Assembly: GCA_965221905.1 (NCBI GenBank)
Contig: OZ244922.1
Coordinates: forward strand, 480,001 to 544,000
DNA from: Chloroflexota bacterium
Lineage (GTDB): Bacteria; Chloroflexota; UBA11872; VXOZ01
DNA length: 64,000 nt
Direction of reading: 5' to 3'
Shown here piece after piece: positions 61,200-64,000 of this stretch (position 1 is the first letter of the stretch; each line of letters opens with the position of its first letter). The translations under genes and the position numbers were made by a program. A model generated the notes under the pieces. That model had not been told where the DNA came from. It saw only the letters and a program-made list of their open reading frames with translations, and did not search any database.

Positions 61200-61444
61200 T
61201 GGACTATTCTCTTCAAGAGTTCTTCACAAAATTGTACAAGAAATTATAGCACACTCTTGCAGTGTCCAATGGGCGGTGACTATTGAGGGAATAATGTACT
61301 TAGCTTGAAACCAAGACAACGGTTTGATGTTGTTTAGCTTTGTGCTCGGCCTCTGTTTGCAACAGCAAGTCCTGATTGTGTTGCTCGCGAGACTTTGAGA
61401 TCGGCGCGGCTCTGGGGCGCGTCAATCCGCTATATGCGTCGGGG

Positions 61445-61768
61445 CTATGAAATTCGTATCGGTGGGTTCTTGCGAAGATAGCACTGTGTGCATAGGGTTG
61501 CCAGGTCTGTTCCAGGCCACTGCTGGGCCAACTCTGTTTGTGTCAAGTGCGCGCCCTCACGCACGGGTCGCCCGCAGTTTGGGGTTGCGCAAATGCGTAG
61601 CTCGATGGAGGTTCTCACGGGCTTGTGGTGCTTAGGGGATATGGGCTTTCGGGTTGTTCTGGTAGCAGGGGGTGTTTGTTGGTGTCCAGAACGGCGTGAA
61701 GCTGCAATTAGAAGCAGAAGCAGTGTTAGGAATAATACAAGAACGACTAGCACTAATAACTCTGACAA
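61445..61768 (-). CDS. small protein with N-terminal TM helix and possible Cys4 zinc finger
   Basis: Hydrophobic N-terminus, CATPNC...CTQC; AAGGAG RBS before the start. Confidence 0.55.
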   Translation of the reverse strand: MSELLVLVVLVLFLTLLLLLIAASRRSGHQQTPPATRTTRKPISPKHHKPVRTSIELRICATPNCGRPVREGAHLTQTELAQQWPGTDLATLCTQCYLRKNPPIRIS

Positions 61769-61802
61769 GTGGCACTCCTTCTCTATTGATGGTCAATCCG
61801 CG

Positions 61803-61940
61803 CTAGATGCTACTTAGGATATTCGCCTTGAGCGTTTCGTATTCGGCCTCAGAGATGAGTTCCTCGTCGAACATGGCTTTTGCCTTAGCCAATCTCTCTA
61901 CAGGATCGCTGGCGGTAGATTCCGCCCCGTTGGCGGGCAT
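61803..61940 (-). pseudogene. SHOCT-domain-like C-terminal remnant
   Basis: DPVERLAKAKAMFDEELISEAEYETLKANIL; nothing recognisable upstream in frame. Confidence 0.6.
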
Positions 61941-61951
61941 GGTGATTTCAG

Positions 61952-62115
61952 TGCTGCCGCGCCAAGGTCGCGTTCGATCCCATCGACGATGGGACGGGCC
62001 ACAAGGCAGCCCGCTCAGAAGTTGGAGTACACAGCTAACAGCACGGGCAGTCCCTTGCCGATCATCGTATCCGGCACCGTGCCGCTAAGTACGAGTACTG
62101 GTTCAAAATCTGCAT
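61952..62115 (-). pseudogene. degraded paralogue of the thioredoxin-like selenoprotein (UxxC)
   Basis: MQILNQYSYLAA, then frameshift/deletion, then MIGKGLPVLLAVYSNF*AGCLVARPIVDGIERDLGAAA; aligns to 60714..61199. Confidence 0.8.
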
Positions 62116-62207
62116 TGCGATTTCCCTGGCACACGTGTTACATGGCTCAATATTGCATGCTGCGGCTAGTCTCGGTGGCCGAGAGACGCTGCGGTGGGCA
62201 GTCTCTT

Positions 62208-63230
62208 CTACGCCTTGTAGCAGGCCACAACCTGGACTTGGCCCTTTTGTTCGAGAGGCGGGTGGTCATTGGTCTCGCAGAATTCATCGGCTTGGGGGCA
62301 GCGCTCGTAAAAGCGGCACTGGGCCGGGGGGTTTACCACCGTAGAAATGCCGCCTTTGATCAAGACCGGCGGGCGCGTAACCGTGGGATCGGGGACCGGC
62401 ACTGCCGAGAGCAGCGCTTTGGTATAGGGGTGCTGCGGGTGCCGCAGTATCGCTTCCGTTTCGCCGATCTCGACTATTTTGCCGAGATACATCACGGCGA
62501 TGCGGCTGCACATGTAGCGTGCCACCGCTAAGTCGTGGGTAATGTAGAGGTAGCTGATACCCAACCGGTCGGCCAACTCTGCCATGAGACGCATAACGCC
62601 GGTTCTCACCGAGACGTCCAGCATCGAGGTCGGCTCGTCAGCAACGACGAAAGAAGGCTCTACCACCAGCGCCCTGGCGATAGCTACCCGCTGCCGTTGA
62701 CCCCCGGAGAGTTCATGGGGGAAACGGAAGAGAAAGGTACGCGGCGGCGTCAGGCCGACGAGTGCGAGCATCTCGGTTACGCGGTCGAGGCGGTCCACCA
62801 GGCTGCCAATCTCTTGCACCTGCAGCGGCTCGGCTATGGTATCGAAAATCGTGCGCCGGGGGTTCATGGATTCGTACGGGTCCTGAAAAATAATCTGCGC
62901 GTGCCTTCTAAAGGCCTTTAGCGGTTTGCCGTGCAGCGTGGCAATGTCCGTGGGCTCGCCCGTGCCGTCGTCAAAGATGACGTGACCGCCGGTGGGGTCC
63001 ACCAGGCGCACCAGCAGTTTGCCGGTGGTGGTCTTGCCGCACCCGGATTCGCCGACCAACCCCAAGCTCTCACCTCTTGCCAGGGTGAAGTTGATGTCGT
63101 CCACCGCATGAATGAAGCGCCGATTGCGCCGAAAGCGGGACGTGGCGGCGGGGAAGTGCTTGCGCAGACCTTCTACCCGAAGCAAGGGGCGGGCATCACT
63201 GGAGGGCGTCGGTTGAGCCGTCTCGCGCAT
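62208..63230 (-). CDS. oligopeptide/dipeptide ABC transporter ATP-binding subunit (OppF/DppF-like)
   Basis: GESGCGKTT, FQDPY, LSGGQRQR, VADEP, HPYTKALL, Cys-rich tail; start ATG 63230. Confidence 0.93.
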   Translation of the reverse strand: MRETAQPTPSSDARPLLRVEGLRKHFPAATSRFRRNRRFIHAVDDINFTLARGESLGLVGESGCGKTTTGKLLVRLVDPTGGHVIFDDGTGEPTDIATLHGKPLKAFRRHAQIIFQDPYESMNPRRTIFDTIAEPLQVQEIGSLVDRLDRVTEMLALVGLTPPRTFLFRFPHELSGGQRQRVAIARALVVEPSFVVADEPTSMLDVSVRTGVMRLMAELADRLGISYLYITHDLAVARYMCSRIAVMYLGKIVEIGETEAILRHPQHPYTKALLSAVPVPDPTVTRPPVLIKGGISTVVNPPAQCRFYERCPQADEFCETNDHPPLEQKGQVQVVACYKA

Positions 63231-63234
63231 CGTC

Positions 63235-64000
63235 CTAATCTCCCGGTGGATTCCAGCAGTCGGCCCATTGCTCGCCGTGGCGCACAGTGGGCGGCTCTTG
63301 CTCGGCGCACACGTCCGTGGCGTAGGGGCAGCGCGGATGGAAGCGGCAGCCCGTTGGCAACGCCAGCGGATTGGGCAGATCTCCGGCCAGCGTCGCCAGT
63401 TCGTGTTTCTCACCGGTCACGCTGGGGAATGCCGACATGAGCGCGCGCGTATAGGGGTGGATGGGGCGCTTGAAAACAGTCTCGGCGTCGCCGTATTCCA
63501 CGATCTTGCCCGCGTACATCACGGCCACGACATCGCTCACCTCGGCAATCACGGCCATATCGTGCGAAATGTAGAGCATGCTCATGTCCAGCTCTTGCCG
63601 GATTTTCCGCAGTTCGCGCAATATATGGTCTTGGACGATGACGTCCAAGGCGGTAGTGGGCTCGTCAGCGATGATGAGATCGGGATCGCACGCAAGCGCC
63701 ATGGCGATGATCGCGCGCTGTTTCATGCCGCCGCTGTACTCATGCGGATAGCGCTGGATGTACCCAGGGTCGAGATTCACAAGTTCATATAATTCGTGAA
63801 CGCGCTTGATCAAATCCTTGCGAGCGGACTTAACGTGTTGTTCCAGCGCCTCGATGATCTGGTCGCCGACTCGGTACACGGGGTCCAGGGCGTTCATCGC
63901 GGACTGAAAGACCATGGCAATGCGATTCCAGCGGTAGGCACGCATCTCTTCTGCGGAGAGCGTCATGATGTCGGTGCCGTCTAGCACAACCCTGCCGCCA
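63235..64000 (-). CDS. oligopeptide/dipeptide ABC transporter ATP-binding subunit (OppD/DppD-like), 5'-truncated by window edge
   Basis: YPHEYSGGMKQR, IADEPTTALDV, HPYTRAL, GCRFHPRC. Confidence 0.93.
   Translation of the reverse strand, partial: GGRVVLDGTDIMTLSAEEMRAYRWNRIAMVFQSAMNALDPVYRVGDQIIEALEQHVKSARKDLIKRVHELYELVNLDPGYIQRYPHEYSGGMKQRAIIAMALACDPDLIIADEPTTALDVIVQDHILRELRKIRQELDMSMLYISHDMAVIAEVSDVVAVMYAGKIVEYGDAETVFKRPIHPYTRALMSAFPSVTGEKHELATLAGDLPNPLALPTGCRFHPRCPYATDVCAEQEPPTVRHGEQWADCWNPPGD

Overview
High-GC bacterial chromosomal window, most consistent with a heterotrophic Chloroflexota-like genome (inferred from the short EF-Ts and the gene repertoire; not verified). It holds one core translation/lipid operon (rpsB-tsf-pyrH-frr-uppS-cdsA, minus strand). 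The rest is a dense set of catabolic paralogues: Gfo/Idh/MocA and SDR oxidoreductases, amidohydrolases, tandem sulfatases, PLP enzymes, three NIF3-like genes and an ABC transporter. Intergenic DNA carries many copies of at least five short palindromic (REP-like) families. Main leads: (1) a membrane-anchored thioredoxin-like gene split by an in-frame TGA at the first redox-motif position (UxxS) with a hairpin right after it, plus a degraded paralogue about 1 kb away with TGA at the same position (UxxC), i.e. a likely unannotated selenoprotein family; (2) a P-loop kinase-like gene, comA and a larA-like gene in a row, suggesting an undescribed sulfolactate pathway; (3) a small GIY-YIG nuclease gene bracketed by inverted REP doublets, like a REPtron without a RAYT; (4) a roughly 220-nt highly base-paired intergenic ncRNA candidate; (5) an IS481-derived MITE inserted into a REP with a 6-bp target duplication, and a deletion scar fusing divergent P450 and Rieske-oxygenase genes. 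No rRNA, tRNA or CRISPR-Cas locus was recognised. All calls come from motif reading only; no database searches were run.
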